Source: Nitrosopumilus sp.
GTDB lineage: Archaea > Thermoproteota > Nitrososphaeria > Nitrososphaerales > Nitrosopumilaceae
Direction of reading: 5' to 3'
Length of the DNA stretch: 64,000 bases
Assembly (NCBI GenBank): GCA_965205425.1
Contig: CBDBGZ010000009.1
Span: 992,001-1,056,000 of the forward strand
Positions 1 to 10,697 of this stretch are shown here, piece after piece; position 1 is the first letter of the stretch; the number at the start of each line of letters is the position of its first letter. The notes under the pieces were generated by a model that made no database searches, had not been told where the DNA came from, and was given only the letters and a program-made list of their open reading frames with translations. Made by a program: the position numbers and the translations under genes.

Positions 1-2
1 AT

Positions 3-386
3 GGACCACTAAAAGAAATTGGATTTTATGATGATTTGAAAACTACTGGAAACTCTTCACTTTTTACAGGTTTCAAAAACCCCTTTACGGTATTTCATTG
101 GCATGGTGATACATTTGACTTACCCTTGGGCGCTGTTCAATTAGCCTCATCTGAACACTATCCCAATCAGGCATTTCAATACAAGAGTGCAGTTGGCCTA
201 CAATTTCATCTTGAGGTAAATGAAGCGATGGTTAACTTGTGGCTTGATAATACGGAAGAAAAATTACAAAAAATACCTTATATTGATCCACAAAAAATTC
301 GCTCAGAAATTAATGAAAATATTTCAACTGTAAAATCAAATATGGAGAATTTTTACAACAATTTTAAATCTACATTTCAACTTTGA
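3..386 (+). CDS. Class I glutamine amidotransferase-like protein (5'-truncated by window edge)
   Basis: Frame is open from position 3; motifs VFHWHGDTFDLP and GLQFHLEV. Confidence 0.85.
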   Translation, partial: GPLKEIGFYDDLKTTGNSSLFTGFKNPFTVFHWHGDTFDLPLGAVQLASSEHYPNQAFQYKSAVGLQFHLEVNEAMVNLWLDNTEEKLQKIPYIDPQKIRSEINENISTVKSNMENFYNNFKSTFQL

Positions 387-428
387 CCAAAGTTTAATAT
401 AGTTAATTCTAATTTTATCGATCGAAAG

Positions 429-2546
429 ATGGCTGCTGTTAAGAAAATTTTTGAAGAAACTATTCAAACAGATCACAAAGTTATCACTGAAGAATTATCA
501 AAATCTATTCTCAAAACTTATGGAGTCAAGGTTCCGCCTTATGCACTTGCCACTTCTGCAGAAGAAGCTGTAAAACAAGCCAAGAAAATTGGATTTCCTC
601 TTGTAATGAAAGTAGTATCTCCACAAATTTTACACAAAACTGATGTTGGTGGCGTAAAAGTTGGAATTGATAATGTCAATGACGTTAAAAAAACATTCAA
701 TGACATGTATGGTCGTTTATCAAAAAAGAACGGTGTTGAAGTTAAAGGAATTCTTTTGGAAAAAATGGTACCAAAAGGTGTTGAACTAATTGTAGGTATT
801 CAAAATGATCCACAATTTGGCCCAATGATAATGGCTGGATTGGGAGGTGTCATGACTGAAGTTTTCAAAGATGTTGCATTTAGAATGCTACCAATTACTA
901 CATCTGATGCAAAATCAATGATAAATGAACTCAAAGGTTCCAAACTTTTCAAAGGTTTCAGAGGAAGTGAACCAATTGATCTTAACATGATAGCAAAAAT
1001 GTTAGTTCAAATCGGAAAATTGGGCGTAGAAAACGCTGATTACATTAACAGCATTGACTTTAACCCTGTAATTGTTTATCCAAAATCACACTATGTAGTT
1101 GATGCAAAAATTATTCTAAATAATAAATTAAGTAAGAATTCAATCTCAAAAGCAAAACCAAATATCACATCAATGGAATCATTCTTTACTCCAAAGTCAG
1201 TTGCATTAGTTGGCGCATCTGCAACTCCTGGAAAGATTGGTAATTCTGTATTAGATGCACTTGGAAAACAAGATTACAAAGGTAAAGTATATCCAATTAA
1301 TCCTAAACAAAAATCAATTCTTGGAATCAAGTGTTATCCATCATTAGAGGATATACCTGCAAAGGTTGATCTGGTTGTTGTCTGTATTGATCTTTCATTA
1401 TGTGGCCCAATTATGAAAACATGTGCAAAGAAAGGAATTCATAATGTTGTAATTGTTTCAGGTGGCGGTAAAGAGCTAGGTGGTGATAGAGCTGCAATGG
1501 AAGCAGAAGTTAAAGAATTATCAATCAAACACAAAATTCGTGTAGTTGGTCCTAATTGTATTGGAATGTTTAATGCTGCAAATCGTCTTGATTGTGCATT
1601 CCAAGGACAAGAAAGAATGGTTCGTTCAAAATTAGGAAATGTTGCATTCTTCTCACAAAGTGGAACTATGGGAATTAGTATGTTAGAAAGTGCTGATTTG
1701 TTTGGTTTGTCTAAAATGATCAGTTTTGGTAATCGTTCTGATGTTGATGAAGCAGATATGATATGGTATGCTGCAAATGATCCTCAAACTAAAGTAATTG
1801 GATTATACGTTGAAGGATTTGGTGATGGTAGGAAATTCATCAATACTGCCAAACGAGTAATGAAAGAGAAAAAGAAACCTATTGTAATTTGGAAGAGTGG
1901 TAGAACTGCTGCAGGTGCAAAGCAAGCTGCATCACACACAGGCTCACTTGGAGGTTCAAATGCAATGATTATGGGTGCATTCAAACAAGCAGGAATAATT
2001 TCAGTTGATAGCTATCAAGAATTAGTTGGAGTCTTAAAGGCGCTAGCTTGGCAACCTCCTGCAAAGGGCAACAAAGTTGCAATGACTAGTAATGGTGCTG
2101 GTCCAATGATTGGTGGAATTGATCAATTAGAAAGATTAGGTCTTACAATAGGAAAATTATCTCCAAAAATTATGAAAAAGATTAAGGATCATTTCCCTCC
2201 AACTGTTCCAATTCATAATGGTAATCCTGCAGATGTTGGTGGTGGTGCTACTGCAGATGACTATAGATTTGTCATCCAACAATTCTTAGATGAAAATAAT
2301 GTTGATATTGCAATGCCTTGGTTTGTTTTTCAAGATGATCCTCTTGAAGAAACAATTGTTGGTTATCTAGCTGCTCTTTCAAAGAAAAAGAAGAAACCAA
2401 TCCTTGCTGGTGGAAATGGTGGTCCATACACTGAAAAAATGATTAAATTAATTGAGAAACATAATGTTCCAGTTTATCAAGACCTTAGAACTTGGGTAGC
2501 AGCCGCTTCTGCTTTAACTCAATGGGGCAAAGTACGCGGAAAATAG
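429..2546 (+). CDS. ADP-forming acyl-CoA synthetase, most likely 3-hydroxypropionyl-CoA synthetase of the thaumarchaeal 3HP/4HB cycle
   Basis: N-terminal ATP-grasp (HKTDVGGV), CoA-binding (GPNCIG) and phospho-His (ASHTGSL) motifs; adjacent to a crotonase as in Nitrosopumilus. Confidence 0.85.
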   Translation: MAAVKKIFEETIQTDHKVITEELSKSILKTYGVKVPPYALATSAEEAVKQAKKIGFPLVMKVVSPQILHKTDVGGVKVGIDNVNDVKKTFNDMYGRLSKKNGVEVKGILLEKMVPKGVELIVGIQNDPQFGPMIMAGLGGVMTEVFKDVAFRMLPITTSDAKSMINELKGSKLFKGFRGSEPIDLNMIAKMLVQIGKLGVENADYINSIDFNPVIVYPKSHYVVDAKIILNNKLSKNSISKAKPNITSMESFFTPKSVALVGASATPGKIGNSVLDALGKQDYKGKVYPINPKQKSILGIKCYPSLEDIPAKVDLVVVCIDLSLCGPIMKTCAKKGIHNVVIVSGGGKELGGDRAAMEAEVKELSIKHKIRVVGPNCIGMFNAANRLDCAFQGQERMVRSKLGNVAFFSQSGTMGISMLESADLFGLSKMISFGNRSDVDEADMIWYAANDPQTKVIGLYVEGFGDGRKFINTAKRVMKEKKKPIVIWKSGRTAAGAKQAASHTGSLGGSNAMIMGAFKQAGIISVDSYQELVGVLKALAWQPPAKGNKVAMTSNGAGPMIGGIDQLERLGLTIGKLSPKIMKKIKDHFPPTVPIHNGNPADVGGGATADDYRFVIQQFLDENNVDIAMPWFVFQDDPLEETIVGYLAALSKKKKKPILAGGNGGPYTEKMIKLIEKHNVPVYQDLRTWVAAASALTQWGKVRGK

Positions 2547-3344
<798 letters not shown>

Positions 3345-3422
3345 CTATTTCTAATTCCTTCTTATTTTATTAGAATCTCCATAAAATCATGCTTGTTTTT
3401 TATTTCCTAGTGTGCCTGGTGG

Positions 3423-4451
3423 TCTATTATCCTCAAATTAGTTCACCCCATTATTTCCAGACTAAAGTCAAGATACGTTTGGAAAAGAGGAAAGAATCAC
3501 AAGATTATGCAAAAGTTAGATCCAATCCAGATATCCTGGATAATCAAGTCAAAAGAGGACGGTGCCAAGAACGCAGACGTTGCCTCATCCATGAAGATAT
3601 CTGTTGGGTGGATGCAGAAACTCTACTCACGGTATCGCCGTACTGGTGCAGTTCCAATCCTAGGCAAGTCTGGAAGGCCAAAGGGAATAATCACAGAGCA
3701 GATGGTGCAGACTGTCCAGTCTACATTTGAAAAGTTCAGGTGTTCTGCAGTATTCTTGGAGAAAATAATTGATACTACTGGAACACACATACCTCACAAT
3801 ACCATACACAAAATTATGAGAGATGAAGGGTTGGCAGAAGCTCAGCCAAAGAAGAGGAGAAGACGAAAGTGGGTTCGATATGAAAGGACATATTCAAACT
3901 CCATGTGGCATACTGACTGGAAGAAGCTAGATGATGGCAGATGGTTCTTATGCTACCAGGATGACGCATCAAGGTTTATCGTTTCTCATGGAGTGTTTGC
4001 AGAGGCAACAACAGATAACGCACTTGTAGTATTACATGAGGCAATTGCAAAGCACGGTAGGCCTGCATCAATTCTAACTGATCATGGCTCCCAGTTTTAT
4101 GCAAACCAATCAGAATACAAGAGAAAAGGAGCATCCCAGTTTGAGCAAGAACTGGTAAAATTAGAGATAAAGCATATCATGGCAAGAGTGAACCATCCTC
4201 AAACCAATGGCAAGCTCGAAAGATTTCACGGCGAGATTCAGAGAAAGCAGAAATGGTTTGGCACCATTGATGAGCTGGTCCACTGGTACAATCACATAAA
4301 GCCACACATGTCACTTGACTGGGATAATCTTGAGACCCCTGCAAAGGCATATGCAAGAAAGATGCCAGAGAAAGGAACAAGAGTTATTGATGAGCAGACA
4401 GGAGAAGAATACGATGTCAAATAAGGGACGAACTGATTTTGGGATACAACA
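3423..4451 (+). mobile_element. IS481-family insertion sequence with 15-bp target-site duplication
   Basis: Imperfect terminal inverted repeats (TCTATTATCCTCAAATTAGTTC vs reverse-complemented right end TGTTGTATCCCAAAATCAGTTC); direct repeat TAGTGTGCCTGGTGG at 3408-3422 and 4452-4466. Confidence 0.9.
3507..4424 (+). CDS. IS481-family (rve/DDE) transposase
   Basis: WHTDWK...LTDHGSQF...PQTNGKLERFH...YNHIKPHMSL integrase-core motifs and N-terminal HTH. Confidence 0.92.
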   Translation: MQKLDPIQISWIIKSKEDGAKNADVASSMKISVGWMQKLYSRYRRTGAVPILGKSGRPKGIITEQMVQTVQSTFEKFRCSAVFLEKIIDTTGTHIPHNTIHKIMRDEGLAEAQPKKRRRRKWVRYERTYSNSMWHTDWKKLDDGRWFLCYQDDASRFIVSHGVFAEATTDNALVVLHEAIAKHGRPASILTDHGSQFYANQSEYKRKGASQFEQELVKLEIKHIMARVNHPQTNGKLERFHGEIQRKQKWFGTIDELVHWYNHIKPHMSLDWDNLETPAKAYARKMPEKGTRVIDEQTGEEYDVK

Positions 4452-4506
4452 TAGTGTGCCTGGTGGGAAAAGCTTATTATAATTTGAAACAGCATTTTTA
4501 TTCATA

Positions 4507-4857
4507 ATGGCAACTGAGCAAACACAAAAAATGGTCACAGTTACCGCAAAAGCTGCTGAAAAAATCCATGAATTCATGAAAGAAGAAGCAGAATCTCCTG
4601 AATACTTACGAGTATATGTTCAAGGTGGAGGTTGTTCTGGTTTGTCTTACGGAATGGGATTTGAAAAAACACCCGAAGAAGATGACATTGTCTTAGAAGA
4701 AAATGGCGTCAAACTTCTAGTTGACAGCTACAGCGTTGATCATTTGCAAGGTGCAAACGTAGACTATATTGAAAGCCTAATGGGTTCTGGATTCAAAATT
4801 AACAATCCAAATGTTACAAAATCCTGTTCATGTGGTCACTCATTTAGCACTGAATAA
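4507..4857 (+). CDS. A-type Fe-S cluster carrier (HesB/IscA/ErpA family)
   Basis: GGGCSGLSY and CSCGHSF motifs. Confidence 0.95.
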   Translation: MATEQTQKMVTVTAKAAEKIHEFMKEEAESPEYLRVYVQGGGCSGLSYGMGFEKTPEEDDIVLEENGVKLLVDSYSVDHLQGANVDYIESLMGSGFKINNPNVTKSCSCGHSFSTE

Positions 4858-5010
4858 GCAAATATCATTATTTTTCATTTTTAGATTATTCTAGCATTTG
4901 CTATTTCATAATTTTTGAAAAATTTCATATTTTTAATACAAATTTTTGCGATACCCTCATATATTGCAGGAAGCGACTCAAATTATGAATATAAAGGAGA
5001 TGAATAGTTT

Positions 5011-6153
5011 ATGCCTCAATCAGGAATTGTCAAATATCACGTTAAACTTTCCTATGAAGTCGATGGACTCGTTGAAAGAGCAGATATAATCGGAGCCATC
5101 TTTGGCCAAACAGAAGGACTGTTAGGCCCAGAGATGAATTTGAATGAACTGCAACGAGTTTCTAAAGTAGGTCGCATTGAAGTAAATGCCAAATCTACAT
5201 CAAACACCACAAATGGTGATGCTCTAATCCCAATGAGTACTGATATTGATACATGTGCATTAATTGCTGCAGGTATTGAAAGCATTGACAAAGTAGGTCC
5301 GTTTGATTGTAAATTCAAGTTAGAAGCTATTGATGATGTACGAGCTGCAAAGAAAGACGATATTGTAAAACGTGCAAAAGAAATCAAGCAAAAATGGGCA
5401 ACTAAAACTGTTAGTGAAGGCGAAAGTATGCTAAATGATGTTCACCAAGGTGATACTGGTAAACTATCAACATATGGCCCATCAAAACTCACATGCAGTT
5501 CAGGTCTTGCTGATTCTAATTGGGTAATTCTTGTTGAAGGAAGAGCTGATGTTATCAATCTTCTAAGAGCCGGATTTGATAATGCCCTTGCAATTGAAGG
5601 TGCAAAAATTGATGAATCAATCAAAGAACTATGTAATTCTAAAGATACAGTAGTTGCTTTCCTTGATGGTGATAGATCAGGTGGATTTATTCTCAAAGAA
5701 CTCAAATCTGTTGTTACATTAGATTATGAAATCCAGGCCGATAGTGGTGTTGAAGTTGAAGAATTAACTCCACAAAGACTCGATGAAATTCTAAGACCTA
5801 TAGCTGATGAGATTAAGAATGGAAAACCTGCACCTGAACTAAAAAGTGAAGATGATAAGCCTGTAGCCGAAATGGCAGCTAAAGTATTTCCAAATCTGAA
5901 TGAAACTCTTGAAGCAGTTGCATTAGATGGTGATCAAAATGAAGTTTTCAAAGTTCCAATCAGTGAAGTTGTTAGTAAACTCTCATCTCAATCAGGAATC
6001 AAATATCTTCTACTTGATGGAATCATCACTCAGAGACTTTTAGAAGGTGCCAAAAATGCTGGTGTTGAATGTGTTATTGGACACAGAGTTGCAAAATTAT
6101 CCAACTCTGATGGAATGACACTCAAAACATTCGGTGACCTGGGCGTATCTTAG
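5011..6153 (+). CDS. dnaG: Archaeal DnaG-type primase (TOPRIM)
   Basis: GAIFGQTEGLLG, VEGRADV, FLDGDRSG. Confidence 0.93.
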   Translation: MPQSGIVKYHVKLSYEVDGLVERADIIGAIFGQTEGLLGPEMNLNELQRVSKVGRIEVNAKSTSNTTNGDALIPMSTDIDTCALIAAGIESIDKVGPFDCKFKLEAIDDVRAAKKDDIVKRAKEIKQKWATKTVSEGESMLNDVHQGDTGKLSTYGPSKLTCSSGLADSNWVILVEGRADVINLLRAGFDNALAIEGAKIDESIKELCNSKDTVVAFLDGDRSGGFILKELKSVVTLDYEIQADSGVEVEELTPQRLDEILRPIADEIKNGKPAPELKSEDDKPVAEMAAKVFPNLNETLEAVALDGDQNEVFKVPISEVVSKLSSQSGIKYLLLDGIITQRLLEGAKNAGVECVIGHRVAKLSNSDGMTLKTFGDLGVS

Positions 6154-6158
6154 AATAG

Positions 6159-6842
6159 ATGACTGAACTAAAAATTCAGCACATCCTAACTCTTTCTTAT
6201 CTGCTTTCAAAAGGAGCAAAATACAATTATGTCTCTATCACTACTTCTTCTCTTGGAAAAAGTATCAAGAAATCACAACAAGCCGCATCAAAGCATCTTT
6301 TAGAATTAGAACAAAACAAATTCATTGAGAGAATAATTAGTGGAAGAAATATTTCAGTAAAAATTACTTCAAAAGGATTTTCTGAAATGGTGAAATTATC
6401 AGCCGTTTTACAAAAAAGTCTTGATTCATCGCCATCTCATGTTGAACTCAAAGGAACATTGGTTTCTGGTATGGGTGAAGGGGCATACTATATGGGATTA
6501 AAAGGGTACACAAAACAATTCAAATCAAAAATTGGATATGTTCCGTATCCTGGAACTCTAAATGTTAGATTAGATCAAAAAATTCATCAAGAAGCAATAA
6601 AACAATTTGAAACTTTGAATGGAATCAAAATCAAGAGTTTCTCTGATGGAAAGCGAACTTATGGTTGGGTGAAATGTTTTACTGCCAAACTAAACAATTC
6701 TGCAAATTGTGAATTAATTATTCTTGAACGTACACATCATGATGATTCTATTATAGAATTAATTTCAAAATCCTGTTTGAGAAAAGTTGCCAAATTAAAA
6801 GATGGTTCAAAAGTTACAATAAAAATTCCAATTAATTCCTAA
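6159..6842 (+). CDS. ribK: CTP-dependent riboflavin kinase with N-terminal winged HTH
   Basis: GTLVSGMGEGAYY, PYPGTLN, ERTHH. Confidence 0.9.
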   Translation: MTELKIQHILTLSYLLSKGAKYNYVSITTSSLGKSIKKSQQAASKHLLELEQNKFIERIISGRNISVKITSKGFSEMVKLSAVLQKSLDSSPSHVELKGTLVSGMGEGAYYMGLKGYTKQFKSKIGYVPYPGTLNVRLDQKIHQEAIKQFETLNGIKIKSFSDGKRTYGWVKCFTAKLNNSANCELIILERTHHDDSIIELISKSCLRKVAKLKDGSKVTIKIPINS

Positions 6843-7456
6843 ATTCCATGTATTGATTCGCCATATTCTTTTTGTATTTTAGAGCTAGAGCTTTCTGGAA
6901 TTGGAGATTGTAATCTTGCAACTTTTGTATCCAGTGCAATTTTTTTACATCCTTCGGTGATGAATTTTTCTTGATGAACTTGGTCATAACCCAATGCAAT
7001 TATTTGTGGTTTGACATGATTTACAGTTTTAAAAATGTCATCTTCTTGCCCAATTAAACAAAGATCAACCATTGATAATGAATTAACTAATTCTTGTCTT
7101 TGCTCTTGTGAATGAAGTGGTTGTCTTTTTTTCATTTTTACTGCTGTATTGTCGGTTGCTACAACCACAACTAAAACATCTCCCAATTCTTTTGCAGCAT
7201 TTAATGTGTGAATATGCCCTGGATGTATAATGTCAAAAACCCCCCCTGCTAATACTACCCGTAATGAACTTCTACCAATTTCAGTTAAAGTACTTTTATC
7301 TTCTTTCACTAACTGATTTTTAACCAATTCATCAATTTTTGATTTAATGACATCTTCAGAAAACATACTTTTTTCCTTGATTGTATCCCCGGCTATTTTC
7401 CCTTCAATTTGGCATGCATACATGATAGATAGAATGGTTTTTTGACTTTGTTCCAA
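6839..7456 (-). CDS. ribL: FAD synthase (cytidylyltransferase family)
   Basis: GGVFDIIHPGH (HxGH), IALGYDQ; convergent with ribK. Confidence 0.8.
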   Translation of the reverse strand: MEQSQKTILSIMYACQIEGKIAGDTIKEKSMFSEDVIKSKIDELVKNQLVKEDKSTLTEIGRSSLRVVLAGGVFDIIHPGHIHTLNAAKELGDVLVVVVATDNTAVKMKKRQPLHSQEQRQELVNSLSMVDLCLIGQEDDIFKTVNHVKPQIIALGYDQVHQEKFITEGCKKIALDTKVARLQSPIPESSSSKIQKEYGESIHGI

Positions 7457-7500
7457 TGTTTTTTATATTTTTGACCCTCTCTTTAATTCATCGCTAAAAA

Positions 7501-8538
7501 TTACATTTTTGGATCAAGGCCTTTTGCTAATCTTAATGCATCAACAAGACCATCTGCATAACCAATACTCAAAATTGCAACTTCATCCTGACCATCTTCA
7601 AGAAATTTCTCTGCATCTTTGACATACAATTCTGCATTTTCTAAAATTCCTTGAAATTCTTTCTGACCTTTGTATAATGGTTCCACCTCTTCTAAAGCCT
7701 CTCTGACCATTGGAACGTATTTCTTCATCATTTGGATGGATATTTTCTTTGTTTTTTCTGTGTTGTCAAATGGTTCATCTACACATTGACCAAATATTTT
7801 CAAAGCATCCGTTTCTGTAAAATGTAATCTTCCTGGAATAATTACAGTGTGAGGTGGTTTACCAAAATCTATTTTCTTCAAACTAGATATTTTTCCTGAA
7901 ATGATACTTTGATCTTTAAACCCTATTCTTGATGCAACTATAACATATGTTGATGAACTAATGACATTTCTAATCTGTCCTTTTTCAGTTTCCAAAAGTC
8001 CACTTAATGCGTCTTTAGGATCTAAGAAAAAATCTTTATCTTGATTATATTCTAAAAGAAGTACTGTGTGATTTCCTTCTATGATATTTTTGTATATTAC
8101 ATAGTATGGTGTTGTTAATGATTTCATTTCACTCATTATTGTTGCAATTCTTCCAACTTTGTAAAAATGCAAACCGCATTCTCCAATCATTGAAGTAAGT
8201 GAAGATGATGCATGAATGGAATAAGTCTTAATTTTTTCTTCTATTGCCCTGGTTCTTAATTCTATATGGGTAGTTGCTATGTATGGATCTCCATATGCTA
8301 ATAATACAACTTTCTTTTTCTTTGCATTTTTTAAAATTTCACTACCGTCTTCCACAAGCCATCTTTTTGCAAGTTTGAATTCCCCTTTTGTAGCATTTTT
8401 AATTTTTGTTAAATCTGATTTTCCAATTGGACTTGTAAATTGTTCCAAATAAACAATATCAGCTTTTGATAAAACATCTAATGCTTCACTAGGAATTGAT
8501 TCGAATCCCGAAATTCCTAAACCTACAAACCAAAGCAT
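7501..8538 (-). CDS. dph5: Diphthine synthase with C-terminal DUF357-like domain
   Basis: MLWFVGLG, GDPYIATTH, HTVLLLE; C-terminal helical YADGLVDAL domain. Confidence 0.88.
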   Translation of the reverse strand: MLWFVGLGISGFESIPSEALDVLSKADIVYLEQFTSPIGKSDLTKIKNATKGEFKLAKRWLVEDGSEILKNAKKKKVVLLAYGDPYIATTHIELRTRAIEEKIKTYSIHASSSLTSMIGECGLHFYKVGRIATIMSEMKSLTTPYYVIYKNIIEGNHTVLLLEYNQDKDFFLDPKDALSGLLETEKGQIRNVISSSTYVIVASRIGFKDQSIISGKISSLKKIDFGKPPHTVIIPGRLHFTETDALKIFGQCVDEPFDNTEKTKKISIQMMKKYVPMVREALEEVEPLYKGQKEFQGILENAELYVKDAEKFLEDGQDEVAILSIGYADGLVDALRLAKGLDPKM

Positions 8539-9665
8539 TACTGCATTTTTCTGTCATGAAGTCTTTTTAAATGCTGTAGTGTTTTCTTGAGAATTTCTAT
8601 ACCTCTAAGATACTCATCAACTGAAACTTTTTCATCAATTGTATGTGCTTCATGTGGATCTCCTGGTCCATATGTCACAACTGGAATCCCCCACTGATTC
8701 CCAAGAACATTCATGTCTCCTGTACCTGTTTTTCTGATCAACGTTGGTCTGGAATGCTCAGTTTCCATAATTCCTAGTGTAAATGCTCTAACTAATGGTG
8801 AGTTGTGAGGAGCCTCAAATGGTTCAGTTTCATCAAGAATTGAATAAAATGCTTCTACTTCCCTTTCTTGAGAAATCTCTTTGACTAGTGTTGCAATCTT
8901 TTGTTCAATTGTTTTACAATTCATATCTACAGGAATTCGGATATCAAAAGTTGTTTCACAATCTTTAGGTGTAACATTATGACTAGTTCCACCTTTAACT
9001 TCTGTCATGGTGGCAGTCAATAACATTCCTTTAGTTTTTCCATCTTGGTTTGCTTCTAATTTTCCTTTTAATTCTCTTGCAAAAATCATTGATTCTAAAA
9101 TTGCATTTTTTGATAACCATGGAGCACTTGCATGAGAACTATCTGGTACACTAATTTTGAGATTAATTGCTAATCTTCCTTTGTATGCAATTGTAACTTT
9201 TTTTATTCCACTTGGTTCCCCAAATACTGCGTAATCTATGTCCATTTTCTTTTTGACTAAATTTTTAATTCCTGTTGCATTTCCTTCTTCATCAACTGCT
9301 CCGACAAAAATTATTGTTCCATTATTGTTTTGGATTGATGCTGCAGCAAATAACATTGCCATTAATGGCGCTTTTGCATCTGATGCACCTCTACCATAAA
9401 GTGCATCTCCTTCTTTTCTAACTTTGACTTTACCTGGAACTACATCCATATGTCCACATAACATGATTTTTGGAGATCCTGAACCTTTCTTTGCTATTAC
9501 ATTTCCAACTTCATCAATCTGAATATCTTCAAATCCTAAATCATCACATTTGTCAGCTAAAAATTCTGCCATTGGTTTTTCACTAAGCGATGGTGTATAG
9601 AGTCTGAGTGCTTTCTCTAACATCTTTACTGCAAACCTTGGTGTAACTGTAAAATGAGTGTCCAA
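8538..9665 (-). CDS. lysK: [LysW]-lysine/[LysW]-ornithine hydrolase (M20 family)
   Basis: GHMDVVPG, GRGASDAK, VDEEG, YGPGD; located in lysW cluster. Confidence 0.88.
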   Translation of the reverse strand: MDTHFTVTPRFAVKMLEKALRLYTPSLSEKPMAEFLADKCDDLGFEDIQIDEVGNVIAKKGSGSPKIMLCGHMDVVPGKVKVRKEGDALYGRGASDAKAPLMAMLFAAASIQNNNGTIIFVGAVDEEGNATGIKNLVKKKMDIDYAVFGEPSGIKKVTIAYKGRLAINLKISVPDSSHASAPWLSKNAILESMIFARELKGKLEANQDGKTKGMLLTATMTEVKGGTSHNVTPKDCETTFDIRIPVDMNCKTIEQKIATLVKEISQEREVEAFYSILDETEPFEAPHNSPLVRAFTLGIMETEHSRPTLIRKTGTGDMNVLGNQWGIPVVTYGPGDPHEAHTIDEKVSVDEYLRGIEILKKTLQHLKRLHDRKMQ

Positions 9666-9668
9666 TTC

Positions 9669-10511
9669 TTACTTTTCTACCTTCAATGCATATTCTAGCA
9701 TTAAGGAAGGAATGTCAACTTCACAAACTCTAACTGTATTTTTGTATTCAGTTGTGTTGTTTACTTCATGTACAACTAGTCCTTTCTCATCACTTTCCAT
9801 CAAATCTACACCTACGATATCTCCCTCAATTGCATGTTTTGCCTTAATACACATTTCTTCCATTTCTTGAGTTACTTTACATGGTTCTGCTGTTCCTCCA
9901 AGAGCCATGTTTGTTTTCCAATGTTTAGAAGAACGATAAATCGCTGCAACAATTTTGTCACCTACCATGATTGCTCTAATATCTCTTGGTGGCCTTTTTA
10001 CAAATTCTTCTAAATAATGAACTTGGTAAATTGGATACATATTTTCCCTACTTTCAATTATTCCTTCAGCTGCATTTCTATCATTTAATTTTGAAATTAA
10101 TCTTCCCCAACTACCTACTGTTGGTTTGATCACTCTTGGGTATCCTTGTGAATCTAATGCTTCTAAAGCTGCTTCTTTTGAAAATGCTACAGTTGCATCT
10201 GGTGTTGGAACTCCAAATTTTTTTAGTAACATATGTGTAAATAATTTATTTCCTGCAAAAACTCCTGTGTTGAGACAATTGATTACTTTGACACCAATTC
10301 CTTCTAATGCTGCCGTAGAATGGAGATTTCTATAGTAACTTACACATCTCTGAATAACTACGCCATAATCTTCTGGTTTTTTTTCTAAATCTATTGCTAA
10401 TTTTTTACAATCGACCATCTTGATGTTGATGTTCTTTTTTTTACCGGCTTCTAGTAGAGCTTTTTCTTCCCAACGGATGGTATCGTAAAGAATGGTAACG
10501 TCAGGATTCAC
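9669..10511 (-). CDS. lysX: LysW-aminoadipate ligase (RimK/ATP-grasp family)
   Basis: IKPTVGSWGR, WKTNMALGG, HEVNNTTEY; GTG start overlaps the lysW stop (GTGA). Confidence 0.85.
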   Translation of the reverse strand: MNPDVTILYDTIRWEEKALLEAGKKKNINIKMVDCKKLAIDLEKKPEDYGVVIQRCVSYYRNLHSTAALEGIGVKVINCLNTGVFAGNKLFTHMLLKKFGVPTPDATVAFSKEAALEALDSQGYPRVIKPTVGSWGRLISKLNDRNAAEGIIESRENMYPIYQVHYLEEFVKRPPRDIRAIMVGDKIVAAIYRSSKHWKTNMALGGTAEPCKVTQEMEEMCIKAKHAIEGDIVGVDLMESDEKGLVVHEVNNTTEYKNTVRVCEVDIPSLMLEYALKVEK

Positions 10512-10675
10512 TGTCCCCAATCCTCGCCAACCGTTTGGGCAGGCTTTAGATCGAAACCGTTTGAACCTTTAGCTAATTCAAAACTTGCGCCACATTCCGG
10601 ACATGTTACGATTTCTCCTTCAAGTGCATCACTTGGTATGGAAATATCTGCATCACATTCTTCACATTTTGACAT
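10508..10675 (-). CDS. lysW: LysW amino-group carrier protein, copy ending EDWGQ (55 aa, absent from ORF track)
   Basis: Translated by hand: MSKCEECDADISIPSDALEGEIVTCPECGASFELAKGSNGFDLKPAQTVGEDWGQ; two CxxC zinc-ribbon motifs. Confidence 0.92.
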   Translation of the reverse strand: MSKCEECDADISIPSDALEGEIVTCPECGASFELAKGSNGFDLKPAQTVGEDWGQ

Positions 10676-10697
10676 ATTTTCTCTTCATTACTCCTCT

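Noticed and set aside
3389..3730. 113-aa ORF overlapping the IS481 left end
   Set aside because: Crosses the IS boundary and overlaps the transposase out of frame.
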